64,000 nt of DNA from assembly GCA_964447765.1 (NCBI GenBank), contig CAYUTO010000002.1:38955-102954 (forward strand), in the 5' to 3' direction. The notes beneath the pieces are model-generated. The model did not search any database. It saw only the letters and a list, made by a program, of their open reading frames with translations, and was not told the DNA's origin. The position numbers and the translations under genes are program-made. This stretch comes from an uncultured Gammaproteobacteria bacterium. GTDB taxonomy: Bacteria > Patescibacteriota > Patescibacteriia > Magasanikbacterales > UBA922. This document shows, in pieces, positions 18,927 to 28,891 of this stretch (positions are counted from its first letter, which is position 1; the number at the start of each line of letters is the position of its first letter).

Positions 18927-20579
18927 ATGAGTGTAATCATCGGTGCCATGTTTAAGAAATTTGTAAGTTCTTACATTTTTTTGATTATTTCAGGCGCCAT
19001 TGGTGCAGTATTTTTTTTGTTACTCTACAGCGAGCTACTCGATACGTCTTACATTGAGTGGACCTTGTGGATCGGGGGAGATCCATTCCAGCACTACATT
19101 GGCTGGGAATTATTCAGGGATTCTCCGTGGTCATTTCCGCTGGGGAATATTAGTCATTTAGTATATCCAAACGGCGTACCACTTACCTTCACTGACTCCA
19201 TTCCTCTGCTTTCATTTATTTTGAAATTATTTTCGACTTGGCTTCCATTTCCATTCCAGTTTGATGGCATCTGGATACTGAGTTGTTTTATTCTGCAAGG
19301 AATGTTTGGGTATCTACTTACCTATCACTATCTGCAGAAGAAAGCTTTGTCTGTAATTGGAAGTATATTTTTTATTTTGTCTCCGATTATGCTCTTCCGT
19401 CTCGGCGGACACTCAGCACTCGGAGCTCACTGGCTGATACTGTGGTCGTTGTGGTTGTTACTAAAAAATGGGAAAACCAGAATCTGGCAGTGGACTACAA
19501 TTTTAATATTGACGGTATTGATTCATCCGTACCTGCTATTTATTTGCGGAGCGTTATTTGTAGCAGATTTAGTGAGACGAATAATGCTGCTCAAAGTATT
19601 ATCAGCACAGAAAGGAAGTTTATTTTTTGGGATCGATGTCGCACTCGTGCTTCTACTTTCATGGGTAGTCGGGGTATTCTCGACTGGAAGCGGAGCAGCG
19701 CCCGGGTATGGAGTCTTCTCTCTTGATCTGAATAGTCTTATCAATCCCTATGGCTGGTCTACGATTATTAAAAACATGAATGTTCGTGAACCCAATGAAG
19801 GGTTTGCTTATCTGGGTCTTGGTGTCCTTATACTTCTAGGACTCTCTCTCTATCAGTTTGTACAGGATAAAAAATATACGAGCATTAAGGAAAAACTCCG
19901 CGAATGGTGGCCACTGATTTCTATTTCAGGAATCCTCATTATTCTTGCTATCTCAAATGTAGTTTCAGTATGGGGTAAAGAAATAGTACTTTTTCCATTA
20001 CCTGACAGTATTCGTGAAGGAATGATGGGTATTGTTCGGTCATCGGGCAGATTATTCTGGCCCGTGTATTACCTAATTGTACTTGCATCTTTTTTTGTCA
20101 TAAAAAAATCTCGTACGTATATTGCGTATGGTCTTATGATTTTTGCGGTTGCGGTACAGGTGTATGATTTCAAGGATAAGCTTTTGGAATTGGATAATTT
20201 TTATGAAGCAGTTGTGTGGCAAAATCCACTAGTTGATCCGTTTTGGAATCGCGCTGCCGAAGAAATAAAACATATTTCATTTGTACCTTCGTATGTACCA
20301 GGAACCTATGAAGCAATTGCATTTTTTGCTGCAGAACATAATATGACATTGAATACAGGGTATGTAGTACGAGCAGCAGGACTTCTCAATAAAGATTTTA
20401 TGGATGCAGAAGTTCGTTCTCTCGAAGAGGGTATCGTTGCGGACAACACACTTTATATGTTTCTTAATGAAAAAACAGCACATGAAATGACTGAGAAAGT
20501 TGATGAATCACTCTACGCGGTAAAAATAATTGATGGGTATGCAATTCTTGCACCAGTCGATTTGTTAATCGAGAAATAA
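18927..20579 (+). CDS. Polytopic GT-C-fold membrane protein (DUF6311-like)
   Basis: About 12 hydrophobic segments; GDPFQHYIGW, FTDSIP, EGFAYLGLG, RSSGRLFWP; adjacent to a GT2 gene; start uncertain (18927 or 18948). Confidence 0.7.
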   Translation: MSVIIGAMFKKFVSSYIFLIISGAIGAVFFLLLYSELLDTSYIEWTLWIGGDPFQHYIGWELFRDSPWSFPLGNISHLVYPNGVPLTFTDSIPLLSFILKLFSTWLPFPFQFDGIWILSCFILQGMFGYLLTYHYLQKKALSVIGSIFFILSPIMLFRLGGHSALGAHWLILWSLWLLLKNGKTRIWQWTTILILTVLIHPYLLFICGALFVADLVRRIMLLKVLSAQKGSLFFGIDVALVLLLSWVVGVFSTGSGAAPGYGVFSLDLNSLINPYGWSTIIKNMNVREPNEGFAYLGLGVLILLGLSLYQFVQDKKYTSIKEKLREWWPLISISGILIILAISNVVSVWGKEIVLFPLPDSIREGMMGIVRSSGRLFWPVYYLIVLASFFVIKKSRTYIAYGLMIFAVAVQVYDFKDKLLELDNFYEAVVWQNPLVDPFWNRAAEEIKHISFVPSYVPGTYEAIAFFAAEHNMTLNTGYVVRAAGLLNKDFMDAEVRSLEEGIVADNTLYMFLNEKTAHEMTEKVDESLYAVKIIDGYAILAPVDLLIEK

Positions 20580-20584
20580 AGCAT

Positions 20585-21322
20585 ATGGAAAAATCGCGAG
20601 CGATAATTATTCCCGTGTATAATGGGGCACCATACTTATCTGAAACATTTCGAGAATTGGGTCAGTTGGTAAACAATCATCAGATTATTTTTGTTGACGA
20701 TGGAAGTATCGATGATACAGGGGTGCTTTTGGAAAAATTCTATACAGAAAATGCGTCTTCGGTTGCGATTGTGACTTATACAAAAAACATGGGTAAAGGG
20801 TATGCGATACGCGAAGGATTAAAGAAGGTGGGTGAAGGGTGTAAGGTGGTAGCATTCACTGATGTAGAAATTCCTTATGGCGTTGAAGCTCTTCACTCTG
20901 GATTTCGTGTTCTTGAGGAGAGAGATGAATTATCATTTGTATATGGAACGAGAACTGCTGCAGAAAAGACTCAAAGTCAGTATTCAACATATCGAAAAAT
21001 TGGTACACGTTTGTTCAGGTTGTTATTGTCTCGAAAACTGAGAAATATTTCAGATACTCAGAGTGGTTTAAAAGTATTCAAGAAAAAAGCTGCAGAAAAA
21101 ATTTTTCCATTGATCAAAACAAATCGGTGGGTGTTTGATCTCGAGATTTTTCTGATTGCGGAAGAGTATAAAATGAACTATCAAGAATTGCCCGTACAAT
21201 TGAAACCGGCGTGCGTGACACGTAGGGGAGGGGTACACTTTGTGAAACACGGGTGGAAAATTGTAGCTGATATTATTCGTATTCGCTCCTATGCATCTCG
21301 CGGACTATATAAAAAAACCTAG
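20585..21322 (+). CDS. Family 2 glycosyltransferase (polyprenyl-phosphate glycosyltransferase-like)
   Basis: IIIPVYN, FVDDGSID, NMGKGYA, FTDVE, DTQSGLKVF, WVFDLE. Confidence 0.9.
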   Translation: MEKSRAIIIPVYNGAPYLSETFRELGQLVNNHQIIFVDDGSIDDTGVLLEKFYTENASSVAIVTYTKNMGKGYAIREGLKKVGEGCKVVAFTDVEIPYGVEALHSGFRVLEERDELSFVYGTRTAAEKTQSQYSTYRKIGTRLFRLLLSRKLRNISDTQSGLKVFKKKAAEKIFPLIKTNRWVFDLEIFLIAEEYKMNYQELPVQLKPACVTRRGGVHFVKHGWKIVADIIRIRSYASRGLYKKT

Positions 21323-22946
21323 AATACAAAATGGTCTAGTTGGTGTCGCGCTATTGATACTAGGGTTTTTATTGTATTACCAGACGCTTACCGTTGGATT
21401 TTTGAGTGATGATTGGCATGCAGTGTCAGTCGTCAAAGATACAAAAAATATTTTTCAATTTTTCGTTACGAATATTGTAGGAACTACCACTGGAAGTAGT
21501 TACGGGCCTTTTTGGAATCTTGCATTATTTTTTCAGTATCAATTATTTCATCTGCAGTCAGTTGGCTACCATGTGATAAGTATACTGACGATGGTTGCTA
21601 CCGCTCTCGCATTATACGGATTTACTCGCCGACTAACTAGGTCTTTCATAATCGCGTGTGGTGCTGCATTGCTATTTTTATTTGTACCAAGCCATGTTGA
21701 ATCGGTTGCTTGGATTTCGGGTCAACCACATCTGATAGCGACTGCACTCTATGTAGCTGCACTATATTGCTATAGTGTGTTCTCGTCACAAAAAAAGGTG
21801 ATGTATTATGTCAGTGCATGCGCTTTAGCTCTTGGTTCGTTATTAACAAAAGAAATTGGTATCAGTGTTATTGCAATATTTTTCCTTATTGATGTATGGT
21901 TTGGTACTATTTCATCCAAAAAAACAGAACTAAAAAAAACGTTAGTACATGTGCTGAAATATTATCTCCCTCTGCTGGTGATTTTTGTGTTGTACATGGT
22001 GATGCGTAGATACACAACGGGAGTAGTACTAGGTTATTACGGAAGTCAGTCGTTGATTTTTTCAGTAACAGAAATGATTGAAATGGCGATTCGAATGACT
22101 ATTGGATTATTTGCGTCCTATCCTTTGAGAGAGGATGTGGTTATGTGGATCATGGGTCATATTAGAATAGTCTCGGCGTGTATTGTTGTTGTATATGCAG
22201 GTATTCTGTGGGTGTGTAGAAAGCAGGTGTATAGCGTAATACTGATTACACTCTGCTATGTAGCTTCACTCATGCCGTACCTCACGCTTCAGTATAATGC
22301 TCTAAGTAACGAGGGTGAGCGTTATACCTATTTACCCTCCTTATTTGTATCGTTGGGTATGGCTTATTGCTTGTATGTTATCCTAAACCGATTTCGTGGG
22401 GGTAAAATAATCTATGGGGCAGTTATAGTGGTTATTATGTGGGTATGTATTTTTCCTATTCAGAAAAAAAATGCTGAATGGGTGCGAGCAGGGCGTATGG
22501 TACAAGAAACATTGCCAACAATAGAAAAAATAGACCTTGATCTGGGTAAGCCAATTATACTAGTGGGACTACCCGATCGAATCGAAGGAGCTCAGCTATT
22601 CAGAAATGGAACACTGCTTGCACTAGAATTATTAGGGTATGGTAAGTTTACAGGGGATCGCGTGTTGATGTCGCCCTTATTAGCAGACAGTTATTCAGAA
22701 GAAACTGCGGTTATTGATATGCGTACGTGCGAGGATGATGTGGAAGCACTATGTGTATTCTCAGGAGAGGGTAAAGATCATCAGTTCACTGGATTACCAT
22801 TAGTAGAAATGTTCGATGTAAAGTTTACCTTGGAAGATTTTAGAAAAACTGATCATACGGGAGAATATATACGGATTGAAGGCGCGATTGAAAACACTAA
22901 CATAGTGTATTTCAATCATAATACGTTTCAATTATTTGCCAAATAA
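21291..22946 (+). CDS. GT-C family (ArnT/PMT/TMTC-like) membrane glycosyltransferase
   Basis: FLSDD after TM1, GYHV, HVESVAWISG, LLTKE, ERYTYLPS; multiple TM helices. Confidence 0.75.
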   Translation: MHLADYIKKPRIQNGLVGVALLILGFLLYYQTLTVGFLSDDWHAVSVVKDTKNIFQFFVTNIVGTTTGSSYGPFWNLALFFQYQLFHLQSVGYHVISILTMVATALALYGFTRRLTRSFIIACGAALLFLFVPSHVESVAWISGQPHLIATALYVAALYCYSVFSSQKKVMYYVSACALALGSLLTKEIGISVIAIFFLIDVWFGTISSKKTELKKTLVHVLKYYLPLLVIFVLYMVMRRYTTGVVLGYYGSQSLIFSVTEMIEMAIRMTIGLFASYPLREDVVMWIMGHIRIVSACIVVVYAGILWVCRKQVYSVILITLCYVASLMPYLTLQYNALSNEGERYTYLPSLFVSLGMAYCLYVILNRFRGGKIIYGAVIVVIMWVCIFPIQKKNAEWVRAGRMVQETLPTIEKIDLDLGKPIILVGLPDRIEGAQLFRNGTLLALELLGYGKFTGDRVLMSPLLADSYSEETAVIDMRTCEDDVEALCVFSGEGKDHQFTGLPLVEMFDVKFTLEDFRKTDHTGEYIRIEGAIENTNIVYFNHNTFQLFAK

Positions 22947-22970
22947 CCCTTGCGAGCGAGGGTTATTTTT
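22941..22970 (+). terminator. Intrinsic terminator
   Basis: aaataaccct-tgcgagcg-agggttattttt. Confidence 0.7.
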
Positions 22971-22989
22971 GCTAGACTAGACCGTACGT

Positions 22990-23676
22990 ATGGATATAAA
23001 AGTAGGACAATTTAGCGGTCCGCTTGATCTGTTGCTCGGGCTTATTCAGGAAGAGAAATTGGAAATCAGCGAGGTTTCCATGTCCAAGGTAACAGAGCAG
23101 TTTCTTCTGTATCTGGAAAAGCTCGAAGAAACAGATGCAGTTGAACTTGCAGATTTTCTGGTAGTCGCTGCAAAATTGTTGTTTGCAAAATCAAAACATT
23201 TGTTATCTTCGATTGAGCCAGATGAAGAGGAAGGACCTCCGTTGGAAGAACAATTGAGGCTATATAGACTATTTGTTGAAACGAGTAAGAAAATAGACGC
23301 GCTATGGCTAGGGCCATTTCATAGTTATGTGAGAATTGAGGAGCCACGACTTCCAACGTCTATTCCAGTTCCTGAAAATCTTACACTGAATAATTGGAGT
23401 CTTTCAATTGCAAATCTCCTCAAACGTTTGTCACCTCCGAAAGCATTGCCTGAAACACGAATTGATCGTACCGTTTCACTGAAAGAAACTATATCACGCT
23501 TGAAAAAATTATTAGAAGTAGAAGGGGCTACGAAGTTTTCAGATATTTTAGGAAGCAGTGCGACAAAAACAGAAATTATTGTGAGTTTTTTGGCACTTCT
23601 CGAATTAGTAAAACAGCGTGAGGCCGAAGTAAATCAAACAACTGCATTTTCAGACATTCACATTGCTAAAGCCTAA
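22990..23676 (+). CDS. scpA: Segregation and condensation protein A
   Basis: FSGPLDLLLGLI, ADFLVVAAKLL, IVSFLALLELVK. Confidence 0.95.
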   Translation: MDIKVGQFSGPLDLLLGLIQEEKLEISEVSMSKVTEQFLLYLEKLEETDAVELADFLVVAAKLLFAKSKHLLSSIEPDEEEGPPLEEQLRLYRLFVETSKKIDALWLGPFHSYVRIEEPRLPTSIPVPENLTLNNWSLSIANLLKRLSPPKALPETRIDRTVSLKETISRLKKLLEVEGATKFSDILGSSATKTEIIVSFLALLELVKQREAEVNQTTAFSDIHIAKA

Positions 23677-23685
23677 CATTCTCGT

Positions 23686-24237
23686 ATGAAAGACATCATC
23701 AGTATTCTCGAATCAATTCTATTTGTCGCCTCAAAGCCACTCACCGTGAAAGCGCTTGCGCGAGCACTCGAAGTGAATGAAGGGGATATTGAAGGTGGTT
23801 TAGTACCTATAAGTGAAAAATATACGGGGGTATGTGGGATACACTATCTCCGAGTAGATGATACCGTACAATTGGTCACGAATCCTGCAAATACGGTAGA
23901 AGTTGAAAAATTTGTAGCACGGGACATCTTAGGTGAACTTACCAAAGCACAATTGGAAACACTGACAGTTATTGGCTATCGAGGTCCGATTACCAGGCCT
24001 GAGATTGAAGAAATCAGAGGAGTGAATTGTGCGGTCATACTTCGTACATTGCTCATTCGTGACTTGGTGGAAGAACATGAGTCAAGTGACAGTGTTCTTC
24101 CAACATATACCGTGTCTCTCACTGCATTACGACAATTGGGTGTAGGGAAAGTGGAAGAATTGCCAGACTACGCAGAAATTCATAATCATGCCTATTTTTC
24201 TCGACCGGGAGAAAGTTCACCTGCAGAAACAAATTAA
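23686..24237 (+). CDS. scpB: Segregation and condensation protein B
   Basis: LESILFVA, LETLTVIGYRGPITRPEIEEIRGVN. Confidence 0.95.
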   Translation: MKDIISILESILFVASKPLTVKALARALEVNEGDIEGGLVPISEKYTGVCGIHYLRVDDTVQLVTNPANTVEVEKFVARDILGELTKAQLETLTVIGYRGPITRPEIEEIRGVNCAVILRTLLIRDLVEEHESSDSVLPTYTVSLTALRQLGVGKVEELPDYAEIHNHAYFSRPGESSPAETN

Positions 24238-24256
24238 TTGTCCAAAGATTTTGTAT

Positions 24257-25309
24257 ATGGAAGAACCAAAAATAATTGATACGATGAACAGAATTTCCCC
24301 AAACGCATGGAGGAATAGTATCTGTGTAGTAGTCTTGAGCGCGATTGCGACTGGTTGGGGACTGTATGTATTTCATGGTCGTCTCTACAAACCGCTTGAG
24401 CTCACTGAGTCTGAGCAGACTATGCTCGTGGTGAATAAACCAATCACCGAAGTAAAGGGAATAAAAGAATATCGTCCCTATATCATTGGGGGAGATGTCG
24501 CTCATACGGTGATCATGCCAAAAAAACGGGACATGTTTATCCCGTTTGATATGAGGGGAATTTCTGCTGAGACCGTGTTGATAAAAGATATGGAAACCGG
24601 GGAAGTGTTATTTGGTAATAATGAATACACTTCTCGTTCGCTTGCGAGTATTACTAAATTGATGAGTGCACTAGTTCTCGAAGAACGTGTCTCTGATTGG
24701 AATGCGGTTGTTGCAAGTCCTGCTGATACGATCTTTGATTCCCACATATATGCCTATGACTCAACGTCCCTTGAAGAATGGTTTAGGGTTGCATTGATTG
24801 GATCATCTAATCGCGCAATGCTTACCTTGGTTGATGGTAGTGGGTATACACGCGAGGAGTTTGTTAATCGCATGAATGAAAAAGCTTTTGAATTGGGGAT
24901 GACTGATACTCATTTTACAGAGCCTACCGGAATTGATTCCGGGAATGTTTCTACTGCGTCAGATGTCGCTCTTCTTCTTCGTGAAGCATTGCGTCACGAG
25001 CATATTGTAGCCTCACTCGGAATACACTCAATTGATCATCGGTCTTCGGTAACAGAAAAAACAACCACTATTCGGAATACAAATCGATTACTAACTCAAT
25101 GGGTTGTGAATGAATTTGCTGAATCAGTGATAGGAAAAACAGGCTATATCGTCGAGTCTAAATATAATTTTGCAGGTAAATTTTCAAAAAGTTCTGAACG
25201 TCAGTTGTTGGTCGTAGTGCTTGGGTCAGAGAATGAAACAACGCGTTTTACGGATGCATCAACTCTTGCTGGTTGGGCATTTACGAACTATGAATGGGTT
25301 ATTAACTAA
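24257..25309 (+). CDS. D-alanyl-D-alanine carboxypeptidase (peptidase S11)
   Basis: SxxK (ASITKLM), SxN (SSN), KTG (GKTGY); N-terminal TM helix; start approximate. Confidence 0.88.
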   Translation: MEEPKIIDTMNRISPNAWRNSICVVVLSAIATGWGLYVFHGRLYKPLELTESEQTMLVVNKPITEVKGIKEYRPYIIGGDVAHTVIMPKKRDMFIPFDMRGISAETVLIKDMETGEVLFGNNEYTSRSLASITKLMSALVLEERVSDWNAVVASPADTIFDSHIYAYDSTSLEEWFRVALIGSSNRAMLTLVDGSGYTREEFVNRMNEKAFELGMTDTHFTEPTGIDSGNVSTASDVALLLREALRHEHIVASLGIHSIDHRSSVTEKTTTIRNTNRLLTQWVVNEFAESVIGKTGYIVESKYNFAGKFSKSSERQLLVVVLGSENETTRFTDASTLAGWAFTNYEWVIN

Positions 25310-25321
25310 GACATGAAACAA

Positions 25322-26281
25322 TTAACTTTTGTTCGTTGTTTCATGTTCGTTGCTAATAGTAAGAAGTACAATTTCCGGCATGCAGAATAATCGTGCACGC
25401 GGCTCTGATTCTCCCAGTCCTCGTGAAACAAATAAATACTCTCCTTTTCGTTCAGGTTCGTGAAGTCCTTGATATAAGTTTTTGGGGAGGAGGTTGTCTG
25501 CTTTTGCGAGTGGTCCGATATAGGGGAGTCGGAGCTGTCCTCCGTGAGTATGTCCAGAAATCGTCAAGTCAATTCCTTCGGGGTGAGGGTGGTAGAGATA
25601 AGCTGGATTATGGACAAGGGCAATAATAGGAAGTTGGGTGTCTCTCGTATTAACAGATGAATAATTGAGCGTATTTTTCCACACTTCATCTCCGCCAAAT
25701 AAATAGAGTTCCTGGTTTTTGATTTTCAATTTGAGAATTTGGTTTTGAAGGTATTTTATTCCATATGAGTGGAGTATTTTTTTTGTGTGCTCACTCACAT
25801 CGGCATATCGTTTCTGTATAGGGTTAGTACCGATATGATCACTCAGTCCATATTCGTGATTTCCATGAACGGCGTAGACTGGATATTTTTCAGTTAATTT
25901 TTTGAGTGGAGATAAGTAATTCACTTCATCTTGGTGGGGTACACAATTAAAGGTATGATCACCAACCAATACCACTATATCCGGATTAAGCTTAATGGTT
26001 TCTGCGACCACGCGTTCAAAAAAACTAGTCTTTTTATATGGACCTGCATGTAGGTCAGTAAGTACAGCTATGGTAAATTCATGGCGTACCTTGGAAAGTT
26101 TAATTGGTACGTGTTTTATTTCAATTATTTTTGGTTCAATAAAACTTCCCCAGATTAATACAATCGCTGCAATCAGGGAAAAAACTGAGAGCAGAGGAAT
26201 AAATAATAAAAATGCTAGCCACATGAGGAGGCCAAGTAGGATTCCACTACCAATGATTGAATCGTAATATACAGGTTTCAT
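25322..26281 (-). CDS. Membrane-anchored metallophosphoesterase (YkuE/YaeI-like)
   Basis: TDLH, GD, GNHE, HNP, SGHTHGGQ, SRGLG motifs. Confidence 0.92.
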   Translation of the reverse strand: MKPVYYDSIIGSGILLGLLMWLAFLLFIPLLSVFSLIAAIVLIWGSFIEPKIIEIKHVPIKLSKVRHEFTIAVLTDLHAGPYKKTSFFERVVAETIKLNPDIVVLVGDHTFNCVPHQDEVNYLSPLKKLTEKYPVYAVHGNHEYGLSDHIGTNPIQKRYADVSEHTKKILHSYGIKYLQNQILKLKIKNQELYLFGGDEVWKNTLNYSSVNTRDTQLPIIALVHNPAYLYHPHPEGIDLTISGHTHGGQLRLPYIGPLAKADNLLPKNLYQGLHEPERKGEYLFVSRGLGESEPRARLFCMPEIVLLTISNEHETTNKS

Positions 26282-26372
26282 ATGTTAGTCTAATTATTCT
26301 TGAAGAAGAATAGTATTCAAAGATGAGGTGGAGTCTAGCATAGCATGTTCTTTTTGTACACATTAGGTATTC

Positions 26373-26455
26373 AAAAACCGCATACAAATGCGGCTGCGTG
26401 TGTTGGTAGGGAAAGGTCGAGCAGCGCGTTGTGTTGCGCTGTACTCGACCTTTCC
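26373..26455 (-). terminator. Long 3' hairpin (26410-26455) followed by an intrinsic terminator (26373-26395)
   Basis: ggaaaggtcgag(ta)cagcgc-N8-gcgctgctcgacctttcc, then agccgcat-ttgt-atgcggttttt on the minus strand. Confidence 0.7.
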
Positions 26456-26462
26456 TCGGTGT

Positions 26463-27068
26463 TCATCCTGCCTTCCGCGCATCTTGCGCAGGACTGAAGA
26501 TGAACTTTTCTTTTCCCCCGCGACCATGATAGGTGATCGAACCACTGGTGGTCTTCGCATTCTTACCTGTGCGATGCCAGGTGATGGTGGTACCAGGAGA
26601 CATTACGAGAAGAACTTCGTAGATTACTCCGAGGTAGGCGAGTCGGAGAGAATCTTTTCGCCACTTCTCTCCCGACGCAATAGTGATCACCTTGTTGTTC
26701 GTATCGAGCCAGGCTTTGCCTTGGTCGCCAGACTCAATATGGAGGAGGACGAGAACTTTGTCCTCGATCATCGACTTCAGCCACGGTTTGACGATGAGAG
26801 GTTTTCCATTCCCTCCAATCACCACCTCGGCTTCGGCGAGATAGCGGCGCTCGCCCCTCTGTTCCATGCCGTCTTGGTTGGCACGTGTGAAGGGTTCGCG
26901 GATTACCAGCTGTCGTTCAGTACTTAAACTGAGATGAACAAATGTGCCATGTCTTCGAGGTCCTACACCAATGGGGATTGCGAGTCCATCACTGTGTGTG
27001 AAGAGTTGGATCTTTGGAGTATGTTTGTTCGCTCCATCTCGTTGGACTTTGATATCACTGAAATACAT
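26463..27068 (-). CDS. GC-rich orphan hypothetical protein
   Basis: ATG at 27068 with GGAGG SD; own promoter and terminator. Confidence 0.7.
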   Translation of the reverse strand: MYFSDIKVQRDGANKHTPKIQLFTHSDGLAIPIGVGPRRHGTFVHLSLSTERQLVIREPFTRANQDGMEQRGERRYLAEAEVVIGGNGKPLIVKPWLKSMIEDKVLVLLHIESGDQGKAWLDTNNKVITIASGEKWRKDSLRLAYLGVIYEVLLVMSPGTTITWHRTGKNAKTTSGSITYHGRGGKEKFIFSPAQDARKAG

Positions 27069-27103
27069 TGTTCCCTCCAAGGAAAATGGGTTTGGCTGCA
27101 CAT

Positions 27104-27132
27104 AGGATACTATAAATAAGCTAAAAAGTCAA
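27104..27132 (-). promoter_or_regulatory. Sigma70 promoter
   Basis: TTGACT-17-TATCCT. Confidence 0.6.
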
Positions 27133-27164
27133 GGTTAAAGGGACGAAAAGTCTTGTGTATAAAC

Positions 27165-27256
27165 AAAAAACATCCCAGATTAATTAGGATGTTTTATTGA
27201 AGACCGGCACTACTTTATCTAAATTTTATTTAGACAAAGTAGTTGTGGCCGGCCTC
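27165..27256 (-). terminator. Long 3' hairpin (27200-27256) followed by an intrinsic terminator (27165-27198)
   Basis: gccggc-cacaa-ctactttgtctaaat-aaa-atttagataaagtag-t-gccggt, then aaaacatcc-N-ggatgtttttt. Confidence 0.7.
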
Positions 27257-27313
27257 ATATGAATGAACGAGATCTCCACGGTTGCTCCTACCCCACGAAT
27301 GGGAGAAAGTAGT

Positions 27314-27814
27314 TTACGACCGGAGGAGGGTGAGGATGTTAGCGAGTCGGCTGCTGAAGCTTGTCGGCGGAGGGGCCAAGCGCTTCATGATGATCTCGAG
27401 AGCGAGAGTGAGCTTCGCCTTTGCTACTCGACCTTCGCCTTCGAAGTCGCCGAGGTAGAAGTGCAGGATGTCTGCTTGGTAAGGTCCGGTTATTTCATCG
27501 GCACTCCCTTCGTCTACTCGAGTGATCTTGATATAGAACACCCAGAGTCCATCGACTGAGGAGTCGTCGGAGGCATCGCCGGCTATGTTTGCCAGAGGAC
27601 CCCAGACAAATTTTTCTTCACGCTCCGTGAAGTTGCCCATTCCATTCGCGTTGCGCAGGTAGACCTGCACTTCACCACCTTCGCAGGTAGCGAGTCCGTT
27701 CAGAGGCTTCAATGCCTCGTGGAGTGAGCCGAGCCACTTTGCCAGAGCTGAGTCAGGACCATCCTGGCTTTCCAGAATGCCGGATTCTGGAAGAGGCACC
27801 GTGATACTTTTCAT
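27314..27814 (-). CDS. GC-rich orphan hypothetical protein
   Basis: True start MKSITVPL at 27814; the longer ORF call runs through tRNA-Leu; own promoter upstream. Confidence 0.7.
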   Translation of the reverse strand: MKSITVPLPESGILESQDGPDSALAKWLGSLHEALKPLNGLATCEGGEVQVYLRNANGMGNFTEREEKFVWGPLANIAGDASDDSSVDGLWVFYIKITRVDEGSADEITGPYQADILHFYLGDFEGEGRVAKAKLTLALEIIMKRLAPPPTSFSSRLANILTLLRS

Positions 27815-27872
27815 TGTCTGTCCATTGTAGAAAGTGCATACCGAGATTCGGCATGGTCGAGAACGACCTATG

Positions 27873-27901
27873 AAATTATCAGCTTCTCTTCTTTTTGTCA
27901 A
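27873..27901 (-). promoter_or_regulatory. Sigma70 promoter
   Basis: TTGACA-17-TAATTT. Confidence 0.6.
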
Positions 27902-27912
27902 GAATAGGGGAT

Positions 27913-27940
27913 AAAAAAGAAGTCTTATTACAAGACTTCT
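27913..27940 (-). terminator. tRNA-Leu terminator
   Basis: agaagtctt-gtaat-aagacttctttttt on the minus strand. Confidence 0.75.
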
Positions 27941-27946
27941 CATTAG

Positions 27947-28030
27947 TGCCCAGAGAGAGAATCGAACTCTCACGATATTGCTATCACGGGATTTTGAGTC
28001 CCGCGTGTCTACCAATTCCACCATCTGGGC
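27947..28030 (-). tRNA. tRNA-Leu(CAA)
   Basis: gcccaga/tctgggc acceptor stem; cggga-ctCAAaa-tcccg; long variable arm. Confidence 0.95.
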
Positions 28031-28116
28031 ATTTTTCACACCATTGGTGAAGATGAGTATAGCCTTTACTCGTACACTTGTCAACGATATGCTATACTGT
28101 ATGAAGCAAAATACCT

Positions 28117-28881
28117 ATGGCAAAAGTAATCTCAGTGGTGAATCAAAAAGGTGGGGTGGGGAAAACTACGACAACAGTCAATGTAGCTGCTTTTTTGGCT
28201 GAATTGGGAAAAATGGTATTGATTATTGATATGGACCCACAGGGGAATGCCTCAAGTGGCCTTGGAGTTAATCGAAGCGAGGTTGAGCATGGAATTTACG
28301 AAGCACTCGCAAAACAAAAACATATTTCAGATACGATATTGGAAACAAGTCATGTGGGTCTTCGTATTGCACCAGCTACTCAAAATCTTGCGGGAGCATC
28401 GGTCGAATTAGTCTCAGTTGAAAATCGAGAATTCCAACTACGTGAATTATTGAGTGAAATTCGACATGGGTATGATTATATTTTAATTGATTGCCCTCCG
28501 TCACTCGGACTTCTTACCGTCAACAGTCTCGTTGCTGCAGATCAGATCCTCATTCCGGTGCAGGCAGAATATTATGCGCTCGAAGGATTGGGGCAATTAT
28601 TAGAAACCGTAAAATTAGTACAAACACATATTCATCCAGACTTACAGGTATTAGGTGCAGTGTTGACGATGTTTGATAAACGCACCAAACTTTCAACTGA
28701 AGTCATGAATGAATTATATAAATATTTCCCAAATAATATTTTTCGATCAGTGATTCCTCGCACGATTCGCCTAGCTGAAGCACCAAGTTTTGGTCAATCA
28801 ATTTTGCAATACGAACCAAACGGTAAAGGCTCAAAAGCATACGAAAAGTTGGCGAGAGAAATTATCGAACGTCACCAATAA
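28117..28881 (+). CDS. parA: Chromosome partitioning ATPase ParA/Soj
   Basis: NQKGGVGKTT, DMDPQGN, DCPPSLG, QAEYYALEGL, RLAEAPSFG. Confidence 0.96.
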   Translation: MAKVISVVNQKGGVGKTTTTVNVAAFLAELGKMVLIIDMDPQGNASSGLGVNRSEVEHGIYEALAKQKHISDTILETSHVGLRIAPATQNLAGASVELVSVENREFQLRELLSEIRHGYDYILIDCPPSLGLLTVNSLVAADQILIPVQAEYYALEGLGQLLETVKLVQTHIHPDLQVLGAVLTMFDKRTKLSTEVMNELYKYFPNNIFRSVIPRTIRLAEAPSFGQSILQYEPNGKGSKAYEKLAREIIERHQ

Positions 28882-28891
28882 TTTTTTCTAT

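Noticed and set aside
26388-26927. 179-aa plus-strand ORF
   Set aside because: Antisense shadow of a GC-rich gene; promoter, SD and terminator all support the minus strand.
26410-27256. Integron attC sites
   Set aside because: The hairpins lack RYYYAAC...GTTRRRY ends, cassettes have their own promoters, and no intI is in the window.
26340-27947. tRNA-Leu-targeted integrative island
   Set aside because: No integrase and no duplicated tRNA 3' end seen at the distal boundary.
27815-28084. N-terminal extension of the 256-aa ORF
   Set aside because: Runs through tRNA-Leu, its terminator and a promoter; the real start is 27814.
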